DNA of 64,000 nt, taken from positions 3,402,880 to 3,466,879 of the forward strand of contig NW_003314261.1 of the NCBI RefSeq assembly GCF_000143415.4. The letters run 5' to 3'. The DNA comes from Selaginella moellendorffii (lineage: Eukaryota > Plantae > Lycopodiophyta). Below the pieces are notes generated by a model, which was given only the letters and a program-made list of their open reading frames with translations, was not told the DNA's origin and did not search any database. Below, piece by piece: positions 49,901-62,744 of this stretch; within the stretch, counting starts at the first letter, position 1; each line of letters begins with the position of its first letter. A program made the translations under genes and the position numbers.

Positions 49901-50301
49901 TTAAAAGACTCGGCCATTTGCCAAATGATGAACACTGCTTCACGCCTGGTACAAGATACACACACGGACAAGGTAAACCCGAAGAAATAGACGAAATAGG
50001 AAATCCCTTACCACCATTCGAGATTTTCCAGGTGGATTCAAGCCTCAACAGTATCACCATCTACCTTGAAGAGAATCCTCAATTAACTGAAAGTGAAGCA
50101 CTAAGTCAGGTCCAAGCACTTGCGAACAAGAACATGCAGAAGCTTCTGTACGAGACTCTGCAGCCCGGCGCGCTGCCACAAGCTTGCAAGCAGCTCTTTC
50201 TCAATGCGGCCAGAATTATGAACGTCTTTCCAGGTACCAATAAAGTACAGGCCAAACTCTCCAACCATGTCAAGAGAGTACTTTCCCAGCCCGTGCTGTA
50301 A
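46978..50301 (+). CDS. CPS: Class II diterpene cyclase, probable monofunctional ent-copalyl diphosphate synthase
   Basis: Ala/Ser-rich transit peptide; SAYDTAW; QLEDGSWG; LLHSLEG; VPNVYPVD; class II motif DADD. The class I DDxxD position reads NEYFD and the NSE/DTE position reads [10 protein letters not shown]. Confidence 0.88.
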
Positions 50302-50337
50302 ATAGCTAACAGCCTGACAGAGGAAACATTTGGTGGA

Positions 50338-51783
50338 CTACACAGCCAAGTTCGCGCTAATGTAGCTGTAGAGCAACCATAGAAGAAGCCCAAGTATGCC
50401 TTCGGCAATAATGCCTCTGTAAATTCTGAAGGGATCTGCTATCGAGTTTTCAGTTTTACCGACCAGGTCCCGGAAACTCAAGTGTTCCTGACTGTGAAGG
50501 AGAGCGTAAACTACTCCGGAGAGATGACCCCTTCCAATAACTCCAACCACAGTCTTGCAGCCCGTAACTGCTTTGCTGCGCTTCAAAGACCACGCCATAT
50601 ACTGTACAACAAAGCTAAGTGTCAAACGACTACATCAAAGGAAAGTGACTATTCTAAAAGAAAGCGCACCAGATCGCGCTCCCAAACGAGGTGTCGCAAT
50701 AGAGAAGGAAACTGAGAGCTCATAAAGGAATACATGCTTGAAATCACATCGTCGGACTTCATCGACTGCTTAACAAAATCAGAAACAGTAAATTATAATC
50801 CATAAAAGCCTTCACCTTCAACGCTGCTTCTGATGCGTCAACATTGGCAAACAGGAATGTCTGCAAGAACGTGTTAGCAAGACGCAGACGCTCCTTCCAC
50901 GTCAAAGCGCGCCATGCGCGATTCAACTACAGAAACTACACAAAACATTAACAAGCAGCTCCCGGCAAAACTACACTTACAGTGATTTCAATAGGCCGAT
51001 CACCCAAAACAAGCTGAGCTTCAACTTCTTTCGCTGCTCTTCTTGCAGCCCTGAACTGTAAGCAGCAATCGCCATGAATATCCAGCTTTTACGTCAATGA
51101 ACTGTCTTACCTCTTCGCCAACTGGCACAGCCGCAGACTTAGAAATCTTTTCTGAAACACTGGCAAGCAGCAATCTCAGAAAAAATGCTGATCTCCCACC
51201 TGAGAAAAAAATATGAAATCGAATGGAAGCTATATTTTAAATAAAAGACAGATTACCGAGATTAAAACTACGAGCCAAAGCTGCATTGCGATCCGTGCCT
51301 GTCAACGATAAGAAATTCGCGGTGGAATTCGCCATTGACGGATCCAAATACATAATTCCAATCCTGCGGCATCCAAAATCCTCACCCATTGTTTACTAGA
51401 GATAGAGTGCTACATGCTTACCTGCTTTTGCAGAGCTCCACAACGACATTATCGGGACGGATTGTCTTGATCGCGCGCTCGACCTGTTGCGCCGAAACCT
51501 GGGACACATGAGCAGTCCCGACGAGAATCACCAGCTCCGGCTCACCATTTTCACCCGCATTCACATTCCTCACCGCTACGAGTGATCCCTCGCGCACAAT
51601 ATCAATCAGCTGAGGCCATCGCGTCGCCACGATCTCCTCAGTGTCCATCGACACCGCTTCCCTGTAGCTGAAATCATCCGGCGGACCCGAGATGGAGCAC
51701 GATTTCGACAATGCGCGGACTGGAATTCCCGATAGCGCCCTGCTTCTTGGCGCTAGAACCCTAGGCGGTGCTACATTGATCAT
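50338..51783 (-). CDS. TraB-domain (PrgY/GumN family) protein, probably organellar
   Basis: ILVGTAHVS...IRPDNVVVELCKSR; EFRAA; LGDRPIEIT; VWERD; VVGVIGRGHLSG; C-terminal TM. Confidence 0.88.
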
Positions 51784-51864
51784 CGCAAAAACCCTACAAT
51801 GACCTGGGCGCTGCGACCCACGTAAGTCGTACGGACGGTGTGTAGTGGTCGTGGCCGAGGCCCA

Positions 51865-51925
51865 TCTCCACGTGCCCACACGCGGATAGCTTCCCAGTTG
51901 CACGGGCAACGCCACGTCAGCGATT
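51865..51925. promoter_or_regulatory. ACGT-core elements (G-box CACGTG, GCCACGTCA) in the divergent TraB/BTS promoter
   Basis: Motifs read directly; function not shown. Confidence 0.35.
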
Positions 51926-52310
51926 CTTATCGCGGCGTGGTTTTACCGGGCAAAGTAAATGCTACTATGTCGCCGAAAATACCTCCCTCCTGCCGCTGCG
52001 GCGCCGCATCGTGGAGGTCACATGTTGCGGCGCTCTTCAAAAACTAGCTAGAAAGAAACATTTAGCAAAGTCTTGGCCTAGGTATTTCAGCCTCTTATTT
52101 AGGGCGGGAGTGAGAGAGAGAGAGAAGCGTTAGCTAGGGTTTATGCGCGGGTTCTACATTCTAGCGATCTAAAATCACAGGATTCACAGAGAAAAATGCT
52201 TTGCATTTGGATAATGCGTCTCGGATGCCCGTCCAGCGCCTTCTCCTTTGCTACCTCTCCAGGTTTGGCGGACAGATTTGCCGTCTGGTGTTCTTGAGCT
52301 TGCTCTGGCG

Positions 52311-55300
52311 ATGGCGAGCCCTGTGATTGTCGATCTAGCTAGCGCCGTGCCGATCGTCGAGCCGGCGGCGGAGTCAGAGGACGACGTCATGCCACCGATT
52401 ATGCAGTTCATGTACTTCCACAAGGCGATTCGAGCGGAATTGGAGAAACTGCACGGCGATGCTCTGCAAATAGCCAAGAGCAGCGACCAGGAGATTAAAG
52501 GACTGATCCGGCGCTACCAATTCCTGCGCAGTGTGTATGAACACCATAGTAGCGCAGAAGACGAGGTTCGTTTATTTGTTTTTTTCTACTTTCCATCGGG
52601 CTCTTTTCATCTTCTCTATCAGGTAATTTTGCCAGCGCTCGATCTGCGCGTTAAGAACGTCGCGCATTCGTATTCCTTGGAGCATCAAGTGGAGGGCAAC
52701 CTTTTCGAGCAGCTTTTTGAGCTTCTCAACGCGGTGCTCGCGGTTAAAGACGATGGTTTGAAGGAGAGCATCCGGAATGTTGTGTGCTGCACGGAAGCAC
52801 TGCTAACGACTCTTGTCCAGCATTTGTGCAAAGAAGAAGAACAAGTATGTGTTGTTTGTTCCTTGTGCTTTTATCTTATCAAAACTCTAACTTGACAGTT
52901 TTTCTTTGTCAGGTATTTCCTTTACTTGTGAAGCACTTCACTTATGACGAACAAGCCGCGCTCGTTTGGCAGTTTCTCTGTAGTATACCGGTGAACCTGA
53001 TGGAATTGTTTCTTCCCTGGCTGGCTTCGTCCCTATCACTGGAAGATCGAGACCAAATGATAGCTTGTATGCGGAGGATTGTACCAAGTGAACACCTTCT
53101 CCAACAGGTATGGACTAACTCTATTCTATCACCGGCGTTCAGATATGCTATTGCAGGTGATTTTTGCATGGCTCAAAGGAAGGGAGACTTCGGGCACGAA
53201 AATGTCAAGTATGGAACAGGAGGCCTTACAACCGGATGACTTATCAGGAGACCACCAACGCAAATTTCCTATAAACAAATTGCTTTTGTGGAACGATGCT
53301 ATCAAGAAGGACATGGAGAGGCTCGCGGAGGAGGCTAAACTATTGCGGTCTGCGTCGCCATCTACATTGTCTTCGTTCGTGGACCGGCTGAGGTTTCTGG
53401 TCGAAGTGTGTATCTTCCATAGGTATGGTTTTCTATAATGCTTCGAATTTGTTAATTATCTTTTTTGGTCAGTGCTGCGGAAGATAAAGTACTCAGTCCG
53501 GCAGTTGGTCAGAGAGCAAACGTTGAAGAAGATAACCAACACCTGGAAATGGTTCAACGTTTAGCGGATGGCATTCTAGCCATTGGACACCTTGAAGGGA
53601 AAGCCGATGAGCTTTGTATTGAGGTAGAGTACGTTATTCAAACTATACGGGAGCACTACTTCAACCCGGAGCTCAAGGTATCATCGTGTCTATGTGGTTT
53701 CCATGAGCTGACTTCTTTAGTTTCGTGATATAGTTGATTTCTCTCGCTCAAGAGCATTGCACGATTGAGGAGCAACGTGTTCTTTTATACCGAAGCCTAA
53801 GAGTTATGCCTTTGAGAATGCTTGAACGAGTTTTACCTTGGTTTGTGGAAATGCAAAGTGACAAAGAAACCAGAGATATGCTACACCATATGTGTCTGGC
53901 AGGTAGCTCTATTTATTTTCATGTATTCTATTTTGTGTTGATGTTAACTTTCTTATTGGCATTTTATTATGCAGCACCGGTTTCTGACAAGCACCTTGTT
54001 GCTCTCTTTTCCGGCTGGGCATGCAAGGGGTGCCGTCAAAACTCAGACAGTTTCAAGTGTATATATGCCGGGGAAGCACACGAGTGTCCTGTGAAAATGC
54101 TGGAGCTTGAGCAGGTCAGCAATGAGGAAAGTACTTCGTCTGCCGGCTCTACAAGGTCAAAGCGCCCTCGAGATGTTGGAGACAGTGAAGGCTCTTCGAC
54201 GTCTTGCAAAAATGCTGTATTGAAGCAGTGTTGCGTCCCAGGACTGGGAATGAAATGTCCAAACCTTGGGATTTCCAGAGTTCCTGTCCGCAAGCCGCTC
54301 AGCTCTCCGAAAAGCTCTTCTTTGGGATGCAGTCTCTTTGGTTGGGGGAAAGTTGACAGCACGTCACCAGTAGAACCAAAGCCGATCGACCATATATTTC
54401 AGTTCCACAAAGCCATTCGGAAAGACATGGAGTACTTGGACTTGGAGTCTGCCAAGCTAGACAGTTGTGACGAAACGTTCCTCAGGCAGTTCACTGGACG
54501 GTTTCACTTCTTATGGGGTCTCTACAAAGCCCACAGTAACGCCGAAGACGACATCGTTTTTCCAGCCTTGGAAGAGAAAGAAGCTCTTCACAACGTCAGC
54601 CACTCGTACTCGTTGGACCATAAACAGGAGCAGCACCTTTTTGAAGAGATTGCGAGATTTCTGGAAGAGTTATCACGTCTCTACATCCCGGATTGCCTGC
54701 TCGAGAAATCGGACATCAACGCTATTCGAGAGAAACGGGGAGACTTGGCTCAGAAGCTTCAAGGCATGTGCAAGTCTGTCCGGTGTAGCCTGGATCATCA
54801 TGTTGCAAGGGAGGAACTTGAACTCTGGCCTCTTTTTGACAGGCATTTCACTTTTGAGGAGCAGGATAGGATAGTTGGTAGAATAGTCGGGACTACAGGT
54901 GCAGAGGTTTTACAATCAATGATCCCATGGGTTACGGCGGCTCTCACAGATGGTGAGCAAACTGGGATGATGGAGTCTTGGAGACAAGCTACGAAAAACA
55001 CGATGTTTGACAAATGGCTGAGCGCGTGGTGGGGAGATAGCTCACTTAAGTCGTCTCCCTCGTCTCCTCCAGCTACAAGGGATCCTTCGACACCACCTTC
55101 CGGCTCTAGCGAGTCCTTGCAACTGGTGGCTGATTACTTTGCCAAAGATTCGACAAAGGAGTCTACCGTGCAAGACGACGAAGGGGAGTCGGGCGAGACT
55201 CTTGAGCCGGAAGAAACTGGTGACTCTGATACTAAATCTGAAAGCTGCAAAAGTTGCTCAAAGTACGATGCTGCTCAACACTGCTGCATGAGAAGTGACG

Positions 55301-56691
55301 AGAAGGACAAACCGCAAAAGCTTGAAGCGGACACAGGAAAGTTTAAACCGGGATGGCAGTACATCTTTAGAATGAACCAGAAGGAACTAGAGGCTGCCAT
55401 CCGTAAGGTTTCTAGTGACAGTTCCCTGGATCCTCGGAGGAAAGCGTACCTTATACAAAATTTGATGACCAGGTTAGCTCCTCCTCAAGTTTTATGTAGC
55501 TTGCCTGCTGATTGTCACCATTTCTAATGCTCTCTTTTCTTTTCAGTCGCTGGATTGCCGCTCAGCAGCATTCTTTACAAGAAACAGATACGTCTGGAGA
55601 CATTCCTGGGCGCAGCCGGTCCTATCATGATCCCGTCAAAGGTATATACGGTTGCGAGCACTACAAAAGGAACTGCAAGATTCGGGCCGCTTGCTGTGGC
55701 TCGCTTTTCGTTTGCCGGTTTTGTCATGACAGAGCGAGTGACCATCCCATGAACAGGTACTCTTGTGGTGTTTCGGTTATCAAGCAGATACTCAGCAGTC
55801 TCTTGTTTTTTAATAGCAGGCATGAAACGAAGGAAATGCTGTGTATGCAGTGCCTTGAAGTGCAACCAGTCGCAGAATCCTGTCACAATCCTGAATGCTC
55901 CGGCTTCAGAATGGCCAGGTATTACTGCAACATTTGCAAGTTCTTCGATGACGACACAAGGTCAGAGCCAGTTTCATACTCGCAGAGAATCGTTTTTCTA
56001 ATCCTTTGGCTTTCGATCTTTCTCAGGGACATCTATCACTGCCCCTTTTGCAACCTCTGCAGAAAGGGGAAGGGCCTGGGCATCGACTATTTCCATTGCA
56101 TGACCTGCAATGCGTGCATGCACGTGTCCTTGAAGGACCACAAGTGCAGGGAGAAAGGCCTGGAATCGAACTGTCCGATTTGCCATGACTTTCTCTTCAC
56201 ATCAAGCAGCCCCGTGAAAGCTCTTCCTTGCAATCACTTCATGCACTCCGACTGTTTCCAGGTATCATTTCCAGATTTTCTCATTCACTTCTTGTCTGAC
56301 AATTTGGAGCGATAGGCATACTCTTGCTGCCACTATACATGTCCCGTCTGTTGCAAATCCTTGGGAGATATGGCGGTAAGTTCTCTATCTCGCTCTCTCG
56401 TTGTATTGCGATCGATCGTCTCTTAACACTCGACAATGATCCAGGTTTACTTCGGGATGCTGGACGCTTTGTTGGCGGCTGAGCAACTTCCGGAGGAATA
56501 CCAGGGCCGCGTCCAGGTGAAAATCTCACAACCAAAGGAAAGTGTGCTCTAATGTTTGGTTGTTCCAGGACATCCTCTGCAACGATTGCGAGCAAAAAGG
56601 AACAGCGCCATTCCACTGGCTATACCACAAGTGCCAAAAGTGTGGCTCCTACAACACGAGGACAATCTACGACGGAGGATCTCACAGATGA
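52311..56691 (+). CDS. BTS: BRUTUS/HRZ-like hemerythrin + CHY/CTCHY zinc finger + RING E3 ligase (iron sensing)
   Basis: Hemerythrin repeats (YFHKAIRAEL...HHSSAEDEV; QFHKAIRKD...AHSNAEDDIVFP); GCEHYKRNCK; NCPICHDFLF...CNHFMH..CF; terminal KCGSYNTR. Confidence 0.94.
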
Positions 56692-56889
56692 TCCTAAAAG
56701 TTTGGAGAGAAAAATGGCCAAATTTTTGAGAAGAAAATAAACGAAAACGACTGTACATTCCAAAGCTATAAATTGAAGCGAATATACTGTGACATGAGTG
56801 GATATTCTCCAGAATTATGTCTAGGATTGTGCTAATCTTAGTGTGCCTCAAGAGCCCTAGTTCTAGTCTAGGGTTTTTGTGGTCTCGCA

Positions 56890-57898
56890 ATGGCGGTGTC
56901 TTCTTCGACCTCCGGCTCTTCGGAATCGCTGTCGCGGCATCACCACCTCAAGCATCGCCGCAGGAAGCACAGCCGCCGCCACGACGCGAGCTCCGCCGAC
57001 GGCAGCAGCGGCGCCACCAGCAGCAGCTCCTCCGACAGCGATGCACACAGCGGCGGCGGCCGGATGAGACGCGCGAAGCGAAAGCACCGGTTAGTCCTTC
57101 TTTTCTTTGCTTGTAGTGCGTGATTGTTGACCTCGAGCTCTTCGATCCATGGCAGAGGTGATGCTTCGAGCAGCGAGAGTGACACCGATTACGATTCCGA
57201 GAAGCGGAAGCGCAGGAAAAAGGAGAAGCTTCACAGATCACACAAGAAGGTCATTTGTTTCCTTTCTGCTTGGTCCCGCTTTGTAAAAATCTCTCTTTGG
57301 CTTTCTAGGATGGTTTGAAGGAGAGAAATCACAAGCACAAGAGCAGGAAGCACAAGCGGGAGGTACGATTCTTTTTTTGTTTAGAGCAAGGATTTTGATA
57401 CGCGTTTGCTGCCTATGCATTGGGCCGTTCCATCATCGGAGCTGTGGTTTGCAACATTGTTTGCCCAACGTATGGCATCATGGGACCTTACTCCTTTGAT
57501 GCTGCTGTGAATGTGGGGGCTCTTATATTTTTTTTTCCTCTTGGCAACTCTGGAGCTACACGCAGAAATCGAGCGATGAAAGCAATGGTCCCGTGCAATT
57601 GTCCAAGGTTTGGTTCTTTTTTTCTTGCGTTTCTGGGATTAAGATATGCTATTCTTCTTGTGGCAACAGTTCCTGGGTCGGACAAAGGACGACGGCGTTC
57701 GTCGAAGCGTTGTTTCGGGTAAAAAGGTCCGTCACTGGTTGGTTCTTTCGGTTTTGTGATGTCTGTTTCACTGTGGGGTTCTTGTTTTTCTTTTTCTTTT
57801 TTCAGATTCAACTCAAGGTTGAAAAGAGCAAAGAAGACAGAGCTGCGGAGACGAAGCGCAACGAGCTCTTGAAGTTTTTGAATGCTAGCTACGATTGA
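56890..57898 (+). CDS. Small Lys/Arg/Ser-rich nuclear-type protein of unknown function, 6 exons
   Basis: Exons join in frame, ending GPVQLSK|FLG...RRSVVSGKK|IQLKVEKSKEDRAAETKRNELLKFLNASYD*. Confidence 0.8.
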
Positions 57899-58297
57899 AA
57901 ATGGCGAGAAAAGATTCGTTTGGTGTTTTGCTCTCCAAATGTTCTTTTCTTGACTTTGTTCTTATCAAAGAAAAGGGAAACGTTTAGACTCTCAAATCGC
58001 CACGCTTTGATCCATTCCGTTTGTCGCTCGTATGTTTGGAAATGTCTTTGCTCGCAAGAACAACGTGCGCCTTTGCATTGGGGCACGCGAATGCTTTCGA
58101 CGACCCAGATGCGTCCACAGCGATGACGTTGGTGCGTCAGGAAGCTTCCTGGCAGCTGCCCACTCTCTGGACTTTATAAGCCTTTTGATCGCCCCAAGGA
58201 GAGCAGAGCTTCCACAATCCATTGCAACAATCTGGGACAAAGGGAGACAGATCAGCGCCAGGAGCTGATTTTCAGATTTTGGAGCTCCAGCCAAGAT

Positions 58298-58929
58298 ATG
58301 GAAAGTAATCTCCCTCACGAGCAAGGGGCGCAGCAGAGGAATTGCGGAGAGATGGGCGACTTGATCCAGCGGCTGCTCTTCGATTTCGAGCAGCAGATCC
58401 AGCAGGAAGAAGAGATCCAGCTCCAGCAGCAACAGAGACTCCACAATCAGCAACAATTCCAGCAACAGCCACACCGAGAAAATCAGCAGCGACAGCAGCA
58501 ACAGCAGGAAGAAGAGATCCAGCTCCAGCAGCAACAGAGACTCCACAATCAGCAACAATTCCAGCAACAACCACACCGAGAAAATCCGCAGCGGCAGCAG
58601 CAACAGCAGGATGAAGGCATGGTCTCCGACCAGGAATCCGGCCTGCAAAACGAGGAGAACTTCTCCCCCATCCGGAGCCGCCACATGATCGCCGAGAGGC
58701 AGAGGAGGCGGCGCGAGGCCGAGCTTCTCGCAGCGCTCAAGTCGCTCCTGCCATTCCCCACCAAGGTAAGATATATAGCTCTTTAGATTTCATTTCCTCA
58801 GAGCTCTCATCTCCGACCAAACAGAGAGACAAGCTGTCCATCCTTCAAGGCGCGATACGATACGTCCAGGAGCTACGGACGGACTGCGCTGCCAGTCGAT
58901 CGGAGCGCGGCGAGGATTCCATCACCTCC

Positions 58930-58972
<43 letters not shown>

Positions 58973-59163
58973 CGAGCAGCGGCAGCAGCAGCACGAGAAT
59001 TCGCGTCAGGGTGGAACAAGCGGCGCTCGTCTCCGCGCTGGAGCACATCAAGGCGCTGGGCTACGAGGTTGATTCGATTGAGCTCAACCCGCCACGAACC
59101 CATGCGGAGCTGGTGGTGCACCCAATTGTGAGATCGCATTTTCAATCCTTTTTATTCTCGTAG
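58298..59163 (+). CDS. bHLH transcription factor with Q-rich regions and an ACT-like C-terminus (3' end uncertain)
   Basis: HMIAERQRRRRE...LKSLLP..K|RDKLSILQGAIRYVQEL; H-E-R DNA-binding triad. Confidence 0.85.
58403..58606 (+). repeat. In-frame 102 bp x2 tandem duplication in the bHLH gene
   Basis: QEEEIQLQQQQRLHNQQQFQQQPHREN[Q/P]QRQQQQ occurs twice, with near-identical DNA. Confidence 0.9.
58933..58971 (+). repeat. (CAG)13 coding microsatellite (polyQ)
   Basis: Read directly. Confidence 0.9.
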
Positions 59164-59348
59164 AAATCTTCTTATCTGTTGATACTAGGTTCAACTGAGC
59201 TGCACTACCGGACTTCAAGAACTCCTTGACCAGCTATAGTCAATCTTTAGTTGCTACAGTGATTAAGCTAAAATTGGGCATCTTTAAAGAGATGTTTAAG
59301 AAAATTATCGTTTACCAGCAGCCTATTAAGTCATGTAAAACCAGGACT

Positions 59349-59561
59349 ATGGAAAGGGTAATGGAGAACGTCGATATCCTTTTGTGGCTCCCGATGCCGA
59401 TTTTGCTGAAAGCTAGAGCTGTTTGCAAGGCTTGGAAAGAGATTATTGATTACCCATGGTTTATACGCCGTTATGCAGAGATCCATCGCCTCCCATCTTC
59501 CTGGCGGAGATCGCTGGCCCTGCTAGCAAAAAATATTTTTACATGCGTTTGGAGGCCTTGA
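59349..59561 (+). pseudogene. F-box-only fragment
   Basis: ILLWLPMPILLKARAVCKAWKEII..P.F matches the plant F-box consensus; no substrate-binding domain follows. Confidence 0.6.
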
Positions 59562-59689
59562 TGGAGAAGGTCCCAGAGTCGTCACGCCCTCGTCCGGTGT
59601 TTGCGCCAACATCACCCTTTCCAATTGGATTCATATGTATAAAATAAGAGCAAGCCCCGGTTTTTGCCCTAATTCTAACTTCCACCAGC

Positions 59690-60683
59690 ATGGATCTCGA
59701 CTACGACCCCATCTACTGCGTGGAGCAAATCCAGATCCCTCCCGCGCTCCCCGACATTCTCAAGGGCTTCGCCAAGGAGGCCATCCGATCGCAGCCGCCC
59801 TGCCTCCACGAGTTTGCCTGCACTTACTTCCAGCGCCTCCTCGCCACCGCCAAATTGGACGCCACCGCGCCCCCTCCCACGCTCGCCCAAGTAAGCTTTG
59901 CGCTTTCTCTCTCCTTTGGTTTCCACTCCTTGCAACTCTCCCAATTGAGATCTCCTCTCCCTGGGTGGCGCTTCTTGGTCTCCCGTTTCTTCCTGTTTCT
60001 TGCGAGGAGGTTTTCTAGAGTTTGTTTTCTCTTTGATGTTCCAAAGCATAACTTTGCTAAAATCTCTTTCTTGTGGCTACCTAGCTCCAGGCAGTATGGG
60101 TGGATCTCAAGGACACGGAATCCATGAACCCCGAAACTCTCCGCGAGATTTGCGCCTCTCACGGCATTGCCTCGGCCGCCTTCTCCAAAGTCTTCCAGCT
60201 TATCGAGTTTCCATCCGACCCCGTCGATCCAAAGGAGATTCTCGTGCTGCTCGTCACCACAACAGCAAAGGTTCTCTTTTCTAAGTTTTTTCTTTCTTTT
60301 TTTCTGTAAGAGTTGGGAATGGTGCTCCTTTTGCAACACTGGATCTGACTCTCGGATGGTGTGGATGGAATTTTTTTTTGCTTTTGAAAACAGAGCTTCG
60401 TAGCGGTTATTGATGCGCTCTTCAAAGTCTTTGGACACAAAACAGGTGGTAAGATGTCAGTGCCTCTCTTCTTCAAGATTTTGTTCTTTATGGCCAAAAG
60501 AGACAGGGACATCTCCCCCCAGACAGTGAGCGACCTCACAAAATCACTGTAAGCTTCTCCTATCAAAACCTTCCAGGTTGACACTTTTTCTTTGTTTTGC
60601 GCAGTGCGGACAAAGACTGGGTCTCCTTCGGTGACGTTCGAAGCAGTCCACACATGCAACACTACTTCAATACGAAACCATAG
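59690..60683 (+). CDS. RSP11: RIIa dimerisation/docking-domain protein, radial spoke protein 11/ropporin-like, 4 exons
   Basis: PIYCVEQIQIPPALPDILKGFAKEAIRSQP...FACTYF is the ROPN1/RSP11 N-terminal signature. Confidence 0.82.
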
Positions 60684-60825
60684 CCACGACGTGACAAATG
60701 GAGATCTCTGAAGGACACCTTTGAAGATGAGAGATGCCAAGCTTCTCTTTATGCCGTGCTCGCAACAGAGATCAAATCAAAGACGAGCACAAACTTTGGC
60801 AGCTCTAAGAAATGAAAAAGCTTCG

Positions 60826-62545
60826 CTAGATCATTTCTGGAAATGCAAAAGATGGTGTTCCTGGATTCTCCATGCGACCGCTCGGCGACGAGGAGTGGAA
60901 GAGCTGCTCCAGATTGACGGGCTCGATCACCGTCGCGTTCCCGCGCCACAGAGCTTGAGCGTACTGCTCGTGAACTCTCTCGGAGGGATGATAAGGATCC
61001 CACCATACGTGGGACGATGGCTCCTCGCAAAGCTCGTAGCTCAGCTCCGGATCCACGCTCTCGATCCCGCAGTGTCCACGGCCGTGGAAAGGCCCTGCTC
61101 CGCAGCAAGCTTGTGCGGGTTCCTTGAATCCTGGATTCGCAAAGAAGAGGAAGAGTTTAAGAAGCAACGAGAGGAACTCTAAGATAGAAAAACTCTCGAG
61201 GAAAACAAGAAAACTAAGCGAAACCACGAAAAACTTCGAGCGAGAAAGCAAAACAAGTATACGAAAACAAGAAAACTACGAAAGGAAACCACGAACAACG
61301 AGAAAAACTTCCAAGAAAACTTAAGAACGAGCAAAGCATCGATCACGTACCGTAAGCTCCAAAGTTATTCTGCCGTTCTTCGAAGAAATCGTAGAAATGC
61401 GCGCGGACGATGATGGAGTCGGGATGGATTTGCCGCAACCGCTGGATGGCGAGGCCGAGCGCGTAGTTGTGAGCTTGTCCCAGCGCAGTGGCCGGTTCGT
61501 GGCAGCCACCACTGCCATTGACGATCCGCAGAGGTGGTAAGCATCCCAGAGGCCCAACTCCAAACATGACGATCTTTCGGGCTCCCTTGGAGTGGAGAAC
61601 CTGTTAAGAAACCATAGTGGTATCCAAAGAAACTGGAGAGAGTGATGAAAGCTTGGAGGTTACCTCGATCGCTTTGGTGATATTGGAGACAACCAGGGTG
61701 ACGAATTGCTCCGGCGTGAAAGCTTGCTGGAGGTGTGGATGGCTGAAGTAGCCGCTCAAGTAGTCATTGCTGCCAATGCTGATGAGATAGACGGCGTTGG
61801 AGAGGAACTCCTCGTACTCGACCAGGTTCCTCTCCTTGGAAACGTTGCCGCAGAAGTCCGCAAAGTTTTCCAGCTGCTTGCTAAGCGGAGTTACCTGCGA
61901 AGAACTTTGGATGATCCTGGAGGTGTACGGAAGGAGTCACTTACCATTCCTTCGTTGGTGTCATCAAGAGCACCGGCTCCTCCGGATCCAAAGTTGGCTC
62001 CTTGAGCTAGAGACGCGTCGGGTTTCGCGTATGACTCCACAACAGGGAAGCCAGCGTACTCGGCTATGACGAAAAAAAAAAAAAAAAGATCATGAGAAGT
62101 TCACGAGTAAAAAGAGGAGCATTTCCCGAAAAGCAAAAGGGTCTATAAAGGCAAAAGGAGAAATGCTATCGTAGCTTGAGCTTTTCTCCATGGCCGCTAT
62201 GAGGCTGAGAACTTTGAAAGAAAGATTATAGACAAGAAAAACTTTGGGAGGAAAAAACGAATTTTTTTTGGAGGAAAGAACTCACTCACCGATGAAATCG
62301 ATGATAACTCGGCCTTCGGTGAATCGCCCAGTGGCCTGGCCCTGGAATCCCTTGAAGCCATACGGGTAGCGATTGGCCTGGAAGTTGAAAGGCGTGGCGG
62401 GCGAGTAGAAATTGGTGCCAGTGTCGACAGTGGAGTCTCCAAACACGATGATGGCTGATGGCTCGCCTCTCGCGATGCCAAGCTCTTGCAAGCCCAGCGC
62501 CAAGAGGCAAAGCCAAGCAGCGCCAATCCAATGCCTCCTCGCCAT
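60826..62545 (-). CDS. GDSL esterase/lipase
   Basis: Signal peptide; IVFGDSTVDTG; TGRFTEGR; GANFGSGG; SIGSNDY; GPLGCLP; ACCG; WDPYHPSE. Confidence 0.94.
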
Positions 62546-62744
62546 GGACGAAGGAAGAAAAATAGAAAAATTCTTAAAGCGATAGTAGAAAATAGAGGCA
62601 CGGTTCATTCAAAAAAATGGGACAAAAAACAAATCCTAGCGGAGGAGACGAGATGCCGCTTCACAATCACAAGTGGCCCTCGAAGAAATAGATTTGGGGG
62701 AAAATTACGAGAAGTTACCGCTTTAGACACCTTAAGTGATGATC

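Noticed and set aside
53903-53974. In-frame 72-nt intron in BTS that would encode a hydrophobic TM-like segment
   Set aside because: T-rich introns translate as hydrophobic by default, and stop-free 3n introns are common in this window; no evidence of retention.
57992-58684. Leu-rich 230-aa minus-strand ORF
   Set aside because: Antisense reading of the CAG-rich bHLH exon.
52311-59163. BTS plus the neighbouring bHLH as an iron-homeostasis module
   Set aside because: The bHLH lacks the subgroup IVc features (leucine zipper, C-terminal PxA motif) of BTS substrates.
37003-62545. Possible cuticle or diterpenoid biosynthetic gene cluster (CER3, CPS, GDSL)
   Set aside because: The genes are separated by unrelated housekeeping genes, with no P450, KS or tailoring enzymes nearby; co-location is likely chance in a compact genome.
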